This document shows positions 36,346 through 50,210 of a stretch of 64,000 nt of DNA, piece by piece. Source of the stretch: Trichinella spiralis. Its lineage: Eukaryota. The stretch lies in assembly GCF_000181795.1 (NCBI RefSeq), contig NW_003526943.1, positions 11,460,007-11,524,006 on the forward strand, written 5' to 3'. The notes under the pieces were generated by a model, which was not told the DNA's origin, did not search any database, and saw nothing but the letters and a program-made list of their open reading frames with translations. The first letter of the stretch is position 1; the number at the start of each line of letters is the position of its first letter. The translations under genes were made by a program, and so were the position numbers.

Positions 36346-39300
36346 TTATTTATTGTCTTTCGTCATTCGGTTGAAGTAAAACTTTGCCCAGACATCAGAT
36401 GAATTTTCATGCTCAGGAAAGATCGTATTTCGTGAAACATCACCACTGTTCGAAGATTCCTAAATAAACTTTATGGAAATGCAAGAAAATTCTTCAAATA
36501 AGCTTGCTCAGTAATTTTCGTCTACTGTCAAACAATATGCCAAATTCTTCATCTCGTAAAAATTTCATTACAACAACTATACAAATAACGATTATTATGA
36601 TAATGGGAAATTATATGATAATTCACATCTCGTCAGATTCTTACAAGAACAATTTCCAATGTATTTTTTTACTTATTTATTCATCATTTCTCATATAGTG
36701 TAATGCAAAAAATAATGGATAATTTCAAATTAAATAATATAATCGCATAACAACAATAATACAGCTCCATGTTTCATGCAACATGCAATTTGACATCTTA
36801 CAGTTTAATCAAATTTGTCAGTGTAATTGGGCAATTTGAATACAAACATAGCGTGCGTGTTATAATCGTTTTCCGTTTTCGTGCAATTAACAAAGTGAAC
36901 TAACTTGCTATCAAATTTTTACACAACTTTAGCTTTATTGAATTTCATTTACATACGCATTGTGAAAAAATTCAAATAGAGACAAGTGACACAAAAAAAC
37001 ATTAAATAAATATGCTTACTTACCACCTTCATTATATAATTTAAAAAGAAAACATCCAAAATTTTAAATAATTAATGTTTTTCTTTCTAATAAATACAGT
37101 TAAATAAATTATCAAGCAGGCAAAATGAAACTCAAATAACAAAATAATAACAATTGCTGCTGCTGCTGCTGCTGCAGCATTCATGCCAACCGCAGAAGCC
37201 GTAAACTACAGGGGTAAAGCAGAAAAGTAGTGCGCGAAAAAAGGAACAATATGCGCATGCATAATAAATAAAGCGGTAAAAACGTACAAATGCAATGGAA
37301 TAATGTAGATTACTTGAAACAAAGAGCTGTTGCTTTATAAAAAGAAAAGAAAAAACGAATCAGCATACTCGATTTGATGGCGGAGCCATGCCCAAGTTGT
37401 CTGACCATAGCGAAGAACCAAAGCGGCTGTGGTTCGGTCGAGTAATGGTCGGCTGGAAAGTGGATCTGAAGCAGCTGGCCATGTTGTTCGTTGTGGCGAC
37501 TGGATAAGGCCAAGCGGGTGCTTGTGAACACCAGATACTGTTGCCTGGACAAGAGTTCACATCCAGAGACCAAGTGAAATTTCTCACGCTCGAATTCTGC
37601 TGTTGCTGTTGTTGTGGATAGTTGACAGAAGTAGATGTGATGTCATTATTCCACAAATTCTAAATGAAGAAAAAAATTTCTCTGGATGATTAAAAAAATA
37701 TATATGTATACATACACTGCTGTTTCCTTTTTTCCATGGTTCGTAATCTTCGTCCCATAAATTTTCAATCACCGGCGCCAGTTCAAAACCCGCCCAATCT
37801 TCGCCTAAACAAAACAGAAAAAAAATTGTGAAAAAACTGTGCATTGCATTGTTACGATGACAAACTTTTTTTCACTGCTGAGATTTCAAGAGGCTTTCCA
37901 CCGGCTTGCATGTAGAATGGTTGTGCAGACGATGGTCCGTGGGAAGGTGGAAAAGTACCAAAAGTTCTGGTTCCAAAATGGTGCACGTTGGTCGATTGAA
38001 ACTGCACACCAGTAGCAGCTGTTGGTGGTGTTGTTGTTGTTGCTGTCACCATAGGTGCTGCTGCTGCTGCTTTGGTTATGCTTGTTTCTTCACGATTGTA
38101 ATGGAACGGCAATTCAACGACCGTTTTCAAGTTTTCGTTAATTTTCCTAGCATGCCTGACATTTCGTTCGACGGACGGTCGACTGATCGCTGTATTACAA
38201 ATAAGCACTTGATTATTGAATGAATGAAAAACAAAATGTCCTCCCCCCCCTGATTTCAAATCTCTTATTATTGTTTTTTAAGCGAAAGCGAAAAAAGCAC
38301 GAAACCCGCACATACCGGTGGTGGTGCTTTGAGTCGCAGATGAACGACCGGACGACACTAGTTGGTCGGTCAAGGGCAGTGGCGCCGGCGGTGAATCGCT
38401 GCGAGAAGTGGCTCGACTCGATGATCCACTGTCCGAACAGCTCAACCGGCGTGGTCCACCTCCACTGGCTCGACAACGCTGTCGATGGCTCTGCCTTCGC
38501 CGCTGGCGCATCTTGCTTTGCCAACGGTTGCCGCTGTCGACGGGCGCTTCTTTATCGATCAAACTGAACGCTTTGGTCTGTTCGGCTAATTTTTCAAATT
38601 CCGCATCTGAAACAACTTTCCATCATCTTTCGCCCCAATCTGGCAAAGCACAATACCAAAATCAATCGTATTCGACAATCCGCCAATATTATCATCCTCG
38701 TCACCTCCAGCATCATCATCATCATTATCCCATTCGGGCACACTGTTGCTCTCTTCCAATTCTGAAAAGTATATGCACAAGTGAAATTGGAAGAATTTTT
38801 TCGTGATTTAATTGAAATTTTCAAAATTACGATCAGGAGAAGAGTCGAAATTGGAACTTTCCTCTTTCGATGACAATCGTTCCAATTCCAATGGACAGCA
38901 CGGTTGCGGTGCAACAACGACCACAACATCGCTGCTAACGGAACTTTCCGTCACGTGGCTCCAATCTTCTTCCGTTTCTCTATGCAAATTATCATTCCAA
39001 TGTTGCTGCTGTTGTTGTTGTTGTTGCTGCTGTTCTCCAGCTTTTTCTTCCACTACTACTGTCGTTGCTTCTTCAAATTTACCATTCGACGACTGTTTTC
39101 TATCCACAGCATGTTGTTGCTTTTTACTTTTCTTCGTAATACTCTTCTCAACTTCGACTTGTTCATTTTCAACAGAATTGATCTAAATAATATAAAAATA
39201 TAATCATCAAAAATCAATCGCATATATATTTTTTTTTCCACTCGAACCGTGTGATGATTGGTAGACGTGCGATCGACGTTCTTTCCCGACGACGCAGATT

Positions 39301-42300
39301 CCAGATATTTTTTCTGCTTCGGCTTTGTCGTTCTAGTAGTGGTGAAGCGACTATTTTTCAAATGCAATTCCTGAAATTTGAAATGAAATTTTTTTATACA
39401 AAAAAAACCAACCAATCAACAACTTCCAAATCGAATCCGACAAAAAACAAACCGTAGAACATTTGCCGTTGTCAACATTTTTCACCGTCTTCCGCACCGA
39501 CTTCGGCTGTGGAACAGTCGCTTCACCGGTCGCTGGCGTCGGGCACAGCTGCTGTTGTTCAACTTTCGCCAAAGCACGGAACCATTTGGTCCAGCCGAAC
39601 GGTTTCCCAAGCCAAACAACCACGCCCTGCTTCAACTGAACCAACAAAGTCGCCTGATGATTAGTGCCCGATTGTGGAACAAAATTGCCACCGCCCGTCG
39701 AATCGTTGGGATGCTGTTTGGAGTCGCAAAGCATTGGTGCGTTCAAGTCGAAAAGCTTCCTAGTGTCGGCCAGTTGGCGCCGTCGAAACGCGCAAGTAAT
39801 GGACCTGTCGCCTTCCAAATAAGCCGACGCAACTACGCATATCATCAAAAATCTGAAACCGCACAACAATAACAACAACAACAACAATGTAAAAAAATTA
39901 CAACTTTTACCCGAGGGCAATTACACTACAATAATAAAGTAGCTGTTCCCACGAAGGTCTGGGAAGGGCAGAATAACACCGTACTATCCACTCCTTGGGC
40001 ACCGATGCACCGAGCTTGTACAACAACGGATAATGATAGCCTTGGATGGTCAGTTGCAACTGAGCGTCGTACCAATACATGGTGAAATCAGGTCGAAAGC
40101 TAAATTAATTAACACACAAGCATATATCCAAAGATATCCCGCCGTTTCCAATTACAAATTGCGTACACAATTTCAAACGGTCGAGTTTCGTTCGGTTCCA
40201 AAGTAAACGGTGCACAGTTGACAATACGAAAACCACGATTCTGGCACTGGTGGCCATTGATGGAAATGTTCGTCACATGCAACGGCAATTCACCCGAGTT
40301 GCGGGCAACCAACGAACGGCTTACAGAAAATGTCGAAGAAAATCGTCGATTCAACCCTCACAATAATAAATAATACACAACATAATAATAAAATCTTGAT
40401 TAAAATAATAAAGTTGAAAATAAAAGAAAAAAATAAGATTTATACTTTGCATTGTTTCGCAGTCGAACAAATGACGATCTTGAATTTCAAACATCAACAA
40501 GTTGTTGCTCTGGGGCAATACGTTGCCAATTTTCAATTCCAACTTCGCACCACGCCCATACATGGTGACCATTTCCATGCCGGTCAAATTATTCCTATTT
40601 TACAAATAAATAAAATGATAAATTTCCAATAATAACTACTGATTGCCACACCTGATTGCCAACAATGAACTGCGAAGCTGGTAGTCCGAAGGCAAAAAGC
40701 CCAACTGGGCGGATAGTTTGGCGCCGGGCTTCAACAAAAACGACAATGTGAATCTTGGAATCGAGATGCCGGCGATCTTTTCCAACTGCTTTCTGTACTC
40801 TGGCACTGGACTCGATTCGGTAGGCTTAAAGAAATCAATGAAAAGCAATGAAAAATTACAATGAACAGCTTTTTACATTGTAAAGTTCTGAATCTCGCAA
40901 GCTGAACATTAGCACATCATCAATTTCAACAAAACCGTTCAACGAGTTTAACAAACTAAAAAGAAATTATCAATTAATATTTGTTTGTTTGTTTGTTGAT
41001 AAAATAATTTTCTTCTTCTTCTTATTATTATTATTAATATCATTATTGTTGCCTGTGTTGGAAGAGATTGATCAACTGTGAAGGATTCGGATAGATGGCT
41101 AGGGGTATGATTTGAACGGCTATTGGATGGTTGGACGGATTGCGCAACAGCAAATTCACAACGCTGAAATTGCCTACGGCCGTCAGGGGAAAATAGACAA
41201 TATCTTGCTTAATTAATCTTGGCCAGATCAAGTTCGCCTGCGCTGGAAAGGAAATCCTCTTCAAAGAAGGCGCTTCCAAATGGACAGTGGTATTCATGCT
41301 AAACGATGAAACAACAATCCAATCAACACCAAATCGAACCAATCAACAATAAAATACCGAGTCATTTTTTCCTCCACCATGTCAGTCCACAGTGACCAGT
41401 GCTTGCTGAACAATACAAAATCCAATTCTGCCAAATTTGCCGGCAATTTCAAACCTTTGACCCAAAGTAGACCATCTGAAATGATGAATATAACAATTCG
41501 TTTAAATTAATAATAGCAGTTAGTAGTTGTTAGTATTTTGAAATTTTTATTCAACATCATTTTTTGTACATTCACGCTTACCTACTGTATCTAATGGAAA
41601 ACCAACGTAACATTCATCTTCGACGCATAAATTGCTCGGGGTGAACAACAAACGCGCTAGCTGAAACAGTTATTAATTTGAATTAAAAAATTTTATTCTG
41701 TTTCATTTTAATTTGCCTATTTTCTTTAATAAACAAAATAATAATAAAGCAATCAAGAAATCTTACAGAAAACAAGCAGCAAATGTGAAATGAAAACAAT
41801 TTTCCCATTTACCGCACAACCACAGACGCACACACAATAGAAAGCTATATAATTGATGCTGCTTTTCGAAGATAAAATATAAATAATACTTATCTACATA
41901 TCTTTGTGTTTCAACTTATCAATATAAGTACACCTTTGTTAAAAGTAAATATTACAAACATGACATGAGTAAACAATGTTGCAGCATCTTTAGTACAAGC
42001 CCAATGTGTGCATTATTAAAAGTATAATTATAAATATATGTAGAAAAAAACATAAATCACTGAAAAAATTCAATAACATTTCAATTTTTCAAATAATATT
42101 ATCACATCAAATGAATTTAAAATTAACTTCAAAACTTAATAAACAAACAAAACTGAATAAAATTCAATCGAATGTGCGCTTGCATGGCAAAGCGTGAAGA
42201 GAAATGAAAAAATTACCCACCACTAGCAACGATCATTTCAAATTCTTATTTGCAAATTGAAAATTGATAACGGCAGAAAGCAACTGTGCAAATTATGCAT

Positions 42301-45300
42301 ATTTTTTCTGGACACACAAATTTTGAAATATTTACAATAAATAAATTTTATACTGAAAATTTCGTTGATTTACAAGTGGTAAGCAAAAAAGCTAAATTTC
42401 AATTTCATCATCATCTTGTTGTTGTTGTTGTTTATCACATTATATGCTAATTGTATTAATGCAAGCAACAATGATTGTACATACTCTGGTAAATTGAAAC
42501 GGCTTGATCTTCACTGCCCCTTGACTGAATGGAGTCAACGAAAAGCCGGCATCCTTCTCATCCAAATATACACGCACATTAGAAACTTCGTGATGCAACT
42601 TGCTGAACACTTTAATCGACCGACCAGAAATTTTTCCCTAGAAAAAAATTATTTTTTTAAAAATTAATTTAAATTTAAAAATAACCAAAATCATAATTAA
42701 CCGGAAAACAATTGTCAAGTATAATTGTGCCGGGAACCGACACCTTGGATTCTTTTTCAACTGTATACTTGATATCTACATTCAATTTCTACAAAAAAAA
42801 GAAAAATTAATTTGAAATATATCTATATGCAAATAAATGAAACCTGAAATTCTGTTTCAAATGTAAGATGACTTTTCATGGATAACAATCTCGCGGGAGC
42901 GGAAATTGTACATTTGTAAAAAGCGAAACTTTCCGCCGGTAACACGAGCTCTTCATTCTGAAAAAAAAGAACACATTCAAAATTTGCATTTAAATCAACA
43001 ACAACAATAATAATAATAATAATGTGAATAGAATCAAAAACAGAAATTCACCTCAGTCCACCGGTCCAAAATATGATTTGGCAAGAATGGCTCGACAGTG
43101 CTTTTTGGTCTCACTGTATCCACGGCCAAAAGTTCCAAAGCAACGTTGTGCACATCATCCTGCGTCACTCGTAACAATTTCACCTGTACAAAAAGTATAT
43201 GCATTCCAACGATCAAACACAGTCTCCACAACACTTACAGGCAATGGATTCAAATTGGCCAATCTGATGAACATTGAACGCTTTTCACCAACATTCAACT
43301 GGCCAAAATTCAACTCACCAACATCCCCATTGGACGACAGCACCGTCAACTTTAACAAATCAATAATAATAATAATAATTTAAAAGAAAAAAAAATGAAA
43401 TCTTACCTCTAATAACCCGCTGAACAAACGAACTGGAATTGCAAATTTTGTCAAATTTGTATACAAGTATACATTGGAAAGCAATGTGCTCGCTTCTGTA
43501 CGCTTTTGATTGTATTGAGGCAAAAATTTCAAAGTCAATACTGGCATGGTTGAGTTCGGTTTAAGTAGAATTGGTTTCGTAAGATTGTACACCTATAAAA
43601 CTCATATACAACTGAATAATAACTAACTAAAGAATAGAATATTAATTAATAATTAATAATTACGGTCAAATATTTTTGCAACTGATAATGCAACGATAGT
43701 TGATAAATTGCAATCGTTTCAGGAAAAGTGCTCGTCAAATTTACAACTCTCTCGTGGCTATTGTTGAATCCAGTAAAAAATGCCAACTGATCACTGTTGA
43801 AAATCAACTGCCTGAACAATAGAGAAAAAGAAGACGATGATCAAGTTTTATAAAGTTATTCATTTTTATTTTTAATAAATAATTTTAATAACCCTTTCAA
43901 AACTTCAACCCTGTATGGAACTGACAACAGTAGAACTTTGTTGTCGTCGAAAAATTTCACACTACCACTGCGATATCGCCTCTGATCGAGTAGGGCAACT
44001 TTGGCTGTAATCATTGAAAAATAAATAAATAATAATACATAATCCAAAAAATCCTATTACTACTCCACTAGCTGTACCAACTTACGGTCGTAAGCAATTT
44101 TCGCTATCAACGTATCTTTGTGATGATTACTGGCAACAATTGTATGCTTGAAACGAACAAACAAACAAGGATCATCTACCGCTACATTCTGAAAAGCATA
44201 TTTGATAGAATGCAACGAAAAACAAATAATAATGAATAAATAAATAAATAATCTGCACACTTACGGTCACTTTCACCGGTTTGTTGAAAGTATTGTAAAC
44301 GGTGATGGTGTTCCATGGGGACCGATGCTCGTTGGATAAAAGACCAAAATTGACAACACTCTTGCCGGCATACAGACCAGGCTGAGAGGTGACTTCGATT
44401 TCAACAGGTATAATGATCGGATGTTGAACCGTTGGATTGTCGGTTTTCAAACGAATAAATGCACTAGCATTACGTACCCGATTGCCAATCACCTTTGCCG
44501 TGGCGATGTGCTTTGTTCGAAATGGAAGCACATTCTGCGATGAAATTATTATTAATGTTGGAAATTTCATATGGATTTTTTGTACACAAAATGTATACAA
44601 ATACAGCACATACCCACAAACGTCTGCTCGGATTAAAAACCGAATGTGGCAAATCCAAGTGCACGCTGCTATCGCTGGTGTACATCTCTTGCACGTGCAG
44701 TGCTGTCGGAAACGGATTATACAATTCAAGCCAACTTGATACAGAACTATTCAACGAAACTTTGACGCCCAAAAATGGCATCAAACGAAATGGACTCGGA
44801 ACACCTTCGCCGGTCACCTGAAATTATTAATCATTTCATATTATAAAACGACAAACAAACAAACAAACAAACAAACAAACATTATAGATTATAGTTTCGG
44901 CCGAAGAATGAATATGCAACGTGGTCTTGATCAAACCTTCCTTCCTCGGTAAAAACACCACCTCGAACGCAGTGGAAGAACCTGCTTTCAAAAACTGAAA
45001 ACACACATACACACACAGTCCAGCATGATTGTATGGATAATTATTATATCAGTGAAAAAAAATTCAACTTTTCCACCTTTTCGTCAAAAAATGAGCAATG
45101 AAAATGTGCCGTACTACCGGAAATGGCATCCATCCTCACCACGGCATTTTGCAACGGATTATGCAACGTTACTTTGACACGTTTCGCAATACCAACGGGA
45201 CTGAAATACGCACGCTGTTATTAAAATTTCTACTTTACACCAAAACAAACAAACAAACAAACAAAAATTCTCCATGCAACAAGTTGTATGATAATTTTTA

Positions 45301-46848
45301 CAAAATTCAATTAACTTGCAAATCAGAAAAACTATTTTCAACAGTATTCACAGAATGAATTGCCGACTAATTTTCCCCCAATCAAAATGGGACAACCTTC
45401 ACTGGGTTGCAGCAATTGTGCAACTTCACCACATGTGACCGTGCAATGAATTTGGAACAATTTCACATTACATCAATCAGCAAAAGTTTTACAAGTCATC
45501 CATTCGATCAACTTGTACAAAATTGATTCGAAAAAACCCAACATAACTTACATATTATACATATATGCATGTATGTATATAAATTTTAAAACAACAAAAC
45601 TAGTCTCAGTTGAAGGAAAAATTGCTAAATGTGCATCACGTTATTTATATGGGTCGCCGTTACCTAGTCATGTTATTCAATATTTGAATTGTTTTTTATT
45701 CTGTGAAGAAAACAAGAAATTTTACTCGTCTTATTTAAAATGTAGAAATTTCCATTACCACCAAAAATGAGAACATACAACATGCATTTACTAAAGAAGA
45801 AAAAGTTGTGCAAGCACAAGTTTTTTTCAAAAAAAAAACTATAATATCCTTCTTTTTCAAATAATAAAATAAAAAGATAAAATTCAATTTTCTTACTTTG
45901 ATCCAAAATCCAGAGAAGGAGGATCAATGGTTAATTTTTTAACAGACGCTCTCTTCTCAACCGCTAGACTGTCATCCGATAACATCGGTGTATGGAAGCT
46001 AACAACAGAAACAGAGTATTTTTCGCAGTAGTGTATAAAATGAAAATTTGATAAATGAAAACAACTCGTTACCTTTCATCGTTGAAATTAAGCAATAATG
46101 CCTAAAATAAAATTATCAAAATGAAATCTATAACAAAATTAATAAACCGATCCATATAACCAACTTCGTTCAACGGAGAGGCGCTCGAGAAATATTCTAA
46201 CCGTTCTCCAGTTTGAATAAATACACCTAAAATTGAAAAAAAATCAACATCATAATCCATTGAAATCTATAACATGTTGCTTAAACATTTTGAAGACTAA
46301 TTTGAAAATTTTAAATAATATAAACCAACATATTCAATATACAAATAAAGATAGTGAAACAATAACTGATAAATTTAAAATTTATCATGAAATTGTCTTT
46401 TAAAATGTCTATAAATGTAAATTATAACAGTCACGAGTTATTCTAAATTTCTAAAATAATTCAAATTCCAACAGCTACACTTCAAAAAAACTTATTCCTT
46501 ATACTGTATATTAGTTTTTCGTGAAAAGTTATTTGCATTCCATTTCAGATAGAAAAGCAACTGTAATAAACAGACTTGCAATTAAATTAAATTAAATTAA
46601 ATAAGCATATTTTTTTTAAATTTGAAATATACTGAAAATATAAATAGTAAATTTAAGCATAACAGCTGACTGTGAGTAAGCAAAAAGTTAGTTGTTGGTT
46701 AAAAAAGCAAAATATATCATTGATGAAAAAAAAGAATTTCTTTTCAATGAAAGATTGTAAAATCACCTTGACAATCATCGTACGTTTGTGCAGATGAAAG
46801 TGAACCAAAATATATTGCAAATATTATCAAAGAGATTTGTTTAAGCAT
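36346..46848 (-). CDS. TMEM131: TMEM131 homolog, many exons
   Basis: Signal peptide MLKQISLIIFAIYFGSLSSA. Family motifs: IDPPSLDFG, PVGIAKRVKVTLHNP..ISGSTAHFHCSFF, GEGVPSPFRLMPFLG, LYNPFPTALHVQEMYTS, FPLTAVGNFS, RNSGELPLHV..INGHQCQNRGF. TM segment and a low-complexity cytoplasmic tail. Terminal exon inferred at ~36459-36346. Confidence 0.9.
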
Positions 46849-49800
46849 GAGAAATTTTGATAATAAACTTATGCGAGCAGTAACATTGGAAAAATAGACC
46901 ACTCAAGGTAGCCGATATGCGCTATACTAAACTGCTGAAACCAGAAATCATTTGCTCCAGGTAAGAGTGACTCGAACCGAGCGGCATAAAACTGTGTCAA
47001 TAATTACGGTAATAAATTTAAGATATTTAAGATGTAAAATTCAACTACTGTATTATTTTTTAAATGTAATTTTTTTTCAAATTCTCGCTATTCCAAGTGA
47101 AAACTTTTGAAATATTGATGTTGGAATTCTTTTATTAAAATTTCGTTGCTATTTATTAGTTTTTTTGTTGTTTTTATCAAATATTTTAAATAAATTAAAT
47201 ATTAAAAATTGAATTATTGAAATAAGAATATAAAAGTAGCAATAGGTAGCAGGCAATGCTTCAACCAACGGCAATAGGTTTCGGTTGTTGAACAGTTTTC
47301 GAGGAAAGGAATTCAAATTTATGTTCATACTTTTCTTCTTATTGTTCTGTAACTAAACAATTGTAGATCATGATCATTTTTATTGTTTTAAAACTGCATT
47401 ACTTCAATCGCTACGTTCTTGTATTTATATTTTGAATAAACAGTTGTTCAGTTATTTGATAAGCTTGAAAAAGAGTTGCTAATTTTTGTCTGAAATGTAA
47501 AAAATCAAATTCAAATTATATTAAAATGAAAACATACGATGAAAAAGTGGCATTAATGGCAGAAATATTTTTTTAATTATTGCAAAATTCTTTACCATTC
47601 GAACAGAAATTTCAAAGAAAAAAGCCTTAATAAGATACTACTGGGAAGAGAATGGGAACGAATTTGTACAATGTTTTCATTTACATTTCAAATAGACAAG
47701 ATGAAGTTAGTTATTTTTTTCACACGCAAACAATACATGCTTTTTGAGGATGTTGTACACGGCATGAGCTGTTGGTGTTAAGCATGCTGTCAAGCAACAA
47801 ATGCAGCATTGAAATTGTTTTTAAAATCAACAAATGCCCAACACTGTCTCTATTCTATTGGATACAGAATAAATGGAAAAGCACGTGACCGCAGCAAAGT
47901 AATCACATGAGTTTTATGTACCTACGTGTTTCTAAAATACTGTAGTTTGATTCTTCATCTGTCAACAGCGCAACAAGCGGACATGTAGTATAGATGTACA
48001 AAGTTAACTTTTTATGTAAGTTTTTAGTGCCAGTATTTTTCATCAATCTGATCAAATGTCAAATTAATGTATATTTAAATTTTATTTTAACATTTTTTTA
48101 CTGCTGTTAATGCAGATTTTTGTTTTTATTCCATTTTTACAAAAACCAACATCATCCATACCATCTGTTGATAATTTTAAGTCATTAATTGAATTCAAAA
48201 GTTTGTAGTTTTGTCTGTTTGAAAAATTGTTGACCTTTAAGAAATTCTGATATGCAATTTTTTTATACTTGGTTAAAAATATCTTTAATCAAAGGTTAAA
48301 TATTTTCCAATAATAAATACTAAAGTCAGTAACATTTTCAGTTTGCTTTCTTTTTTTTTATTTCTTTTCTGTCGTTTAATCTGTTTTTGAAAGAATAATA
48401 TAATATATTTGAAATTCTGATTTAAATTAAAAAAAATGATTTTTTTTCTTTATTAATCATATTTGTTTATTAGTTAACGTTGGGAAAGTACTTGTTGGGT
48501 CAAAAATCGTCGAATAATATATGCATGTGTATGGATTCAACTATCAAATATTATCATTGAATGGCAGCTTTTTGGTTGATTGCGGCATTTTCGTTCATCT
48601 TTTGGACCAGAATCATAAATAATAGAATGCCAGTTTTTGTTCGACTTGTTTCAGAGTAGTGTTTCATGTTATTATTGATTAATAACTTGACGATGATGAT
48701 TATATTTTCATTTTGCAGACAAGAAAAGCAGAACGACAAAGCAGATTTTTCTGCGGTGAATTTTCCCACAACAACATTGCTTGATCATCATCTCGGATGT
48801 ACAAGTGTCCAACAAATAAATTATGCATGTATGAATATTGTTCTTGTTGTTGTTGTTGTTGTTGTTATTTATCATTTTGTGAAGATGAGTATATTTTCAG
48901 GAAAAAGAACAAAGATAGATTATGATTTTTCAGTTGGGTTTTTCAAATCAGTGAGAAATCCAACAAAGTTGTGTGGAAAAAATATGTTGCTGTTGTTGTT
49001 GTTGGAAATTAACTGCAGTTAAATTTTTTGCCCACCCGCTTGCTTGCTTGGAATGGCTTTCATTAGTGCTGAGCTTATGCTTTTTCCACTTTATAACAAC
49101 AGTCTATAGAAGAATTATCAAAGCACGCACATGTGTAGTATCTTTATTACACTATTTTTTTCATTTTTAATAATTTCTTTTCATGCACATTAAGCACGCT
49201 GCTAGCTGTATAAAATGTATACATTTGCAGAATTTTTCACTTTTTTCTTTTCATATTGTAATAGTTATTATTCAAAAAGAAAAAAAAACAAAACTGAGAT
49301 GGGAAACCGGTCATGTGTACAAAGAATTTATTATTATTTTATTTACTATATATATCTATATATTCCAACTATTGTTGTAATTTTATATTTCCATTTGTGT
49401 ATGGGTAGTGTATTCCTCTTCTTCTTCTTCTTCTTCTGAATTTATGGAAATGATTACAATTTCAAATGATTCAACTTCAGATGGCAAAATTACGTCAAAT
49501 TTAGCCTATTTTATTTGTGACGTTTTTTCTCATATTTTATGTATTGTTTGTCTGTTTGTCGCATATTTTGCGTTTTCAATCAATAAGTCAATCGTGTATT
49601 TATTTATTTCTTCAGAATCAGTAAAATTCAAATTGCATCTTTTCTTTTTTCCATTTTTGAAGTTAATAATAAATAACACAAAATATATTAAAATAATTTT
49701 TCTTTCTCCCCAAAAAACCAAAACAATTTGTAAATTTTCATTTATTTTACGAAAAAGAACCTTCATCATCATCAAAAATTAAAAAATCAAATCATCAAAC

Positions 49801-50210
49801 TACTGTAGCATCCATCCATCCATCCATCTTCTATTCATACCTGCGCAGTAATTGAGAAAAAGCAAAAAGAAAAGCAATTACTTTTTCTTCAAACATAAAC
49901 AGTACAAATAAATAAATAAATAAATAAATATACACATACGTATATTTTTTAACTTTATTAGTATAATTATTACTTTCAAATAAAACTGCCAACATTATAC
50001 ACAGTAATAATAGACAAAAATGAAGATGTAGAGAGAGATATATAAATATGAATATAAATAAATAAATAAATAAATAAAAATATATATATATATACACATG
50101 TGTGTTTATATGTATGCAGTTGAAATTTTCTAGCAAGCAGCAACAACAACAAAACACAACAGACAATGGCAGCGTGATTATTACTTTTTTTCCTTTTTTC
50201 AACGTCCCTT

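Noticed and set aside
45844..45851. ATATCCTT, a U12-type 5' splice site motif
   Set aside because: It is on the strand opposite TMEM131, inside an ordinary GT-AG intron.
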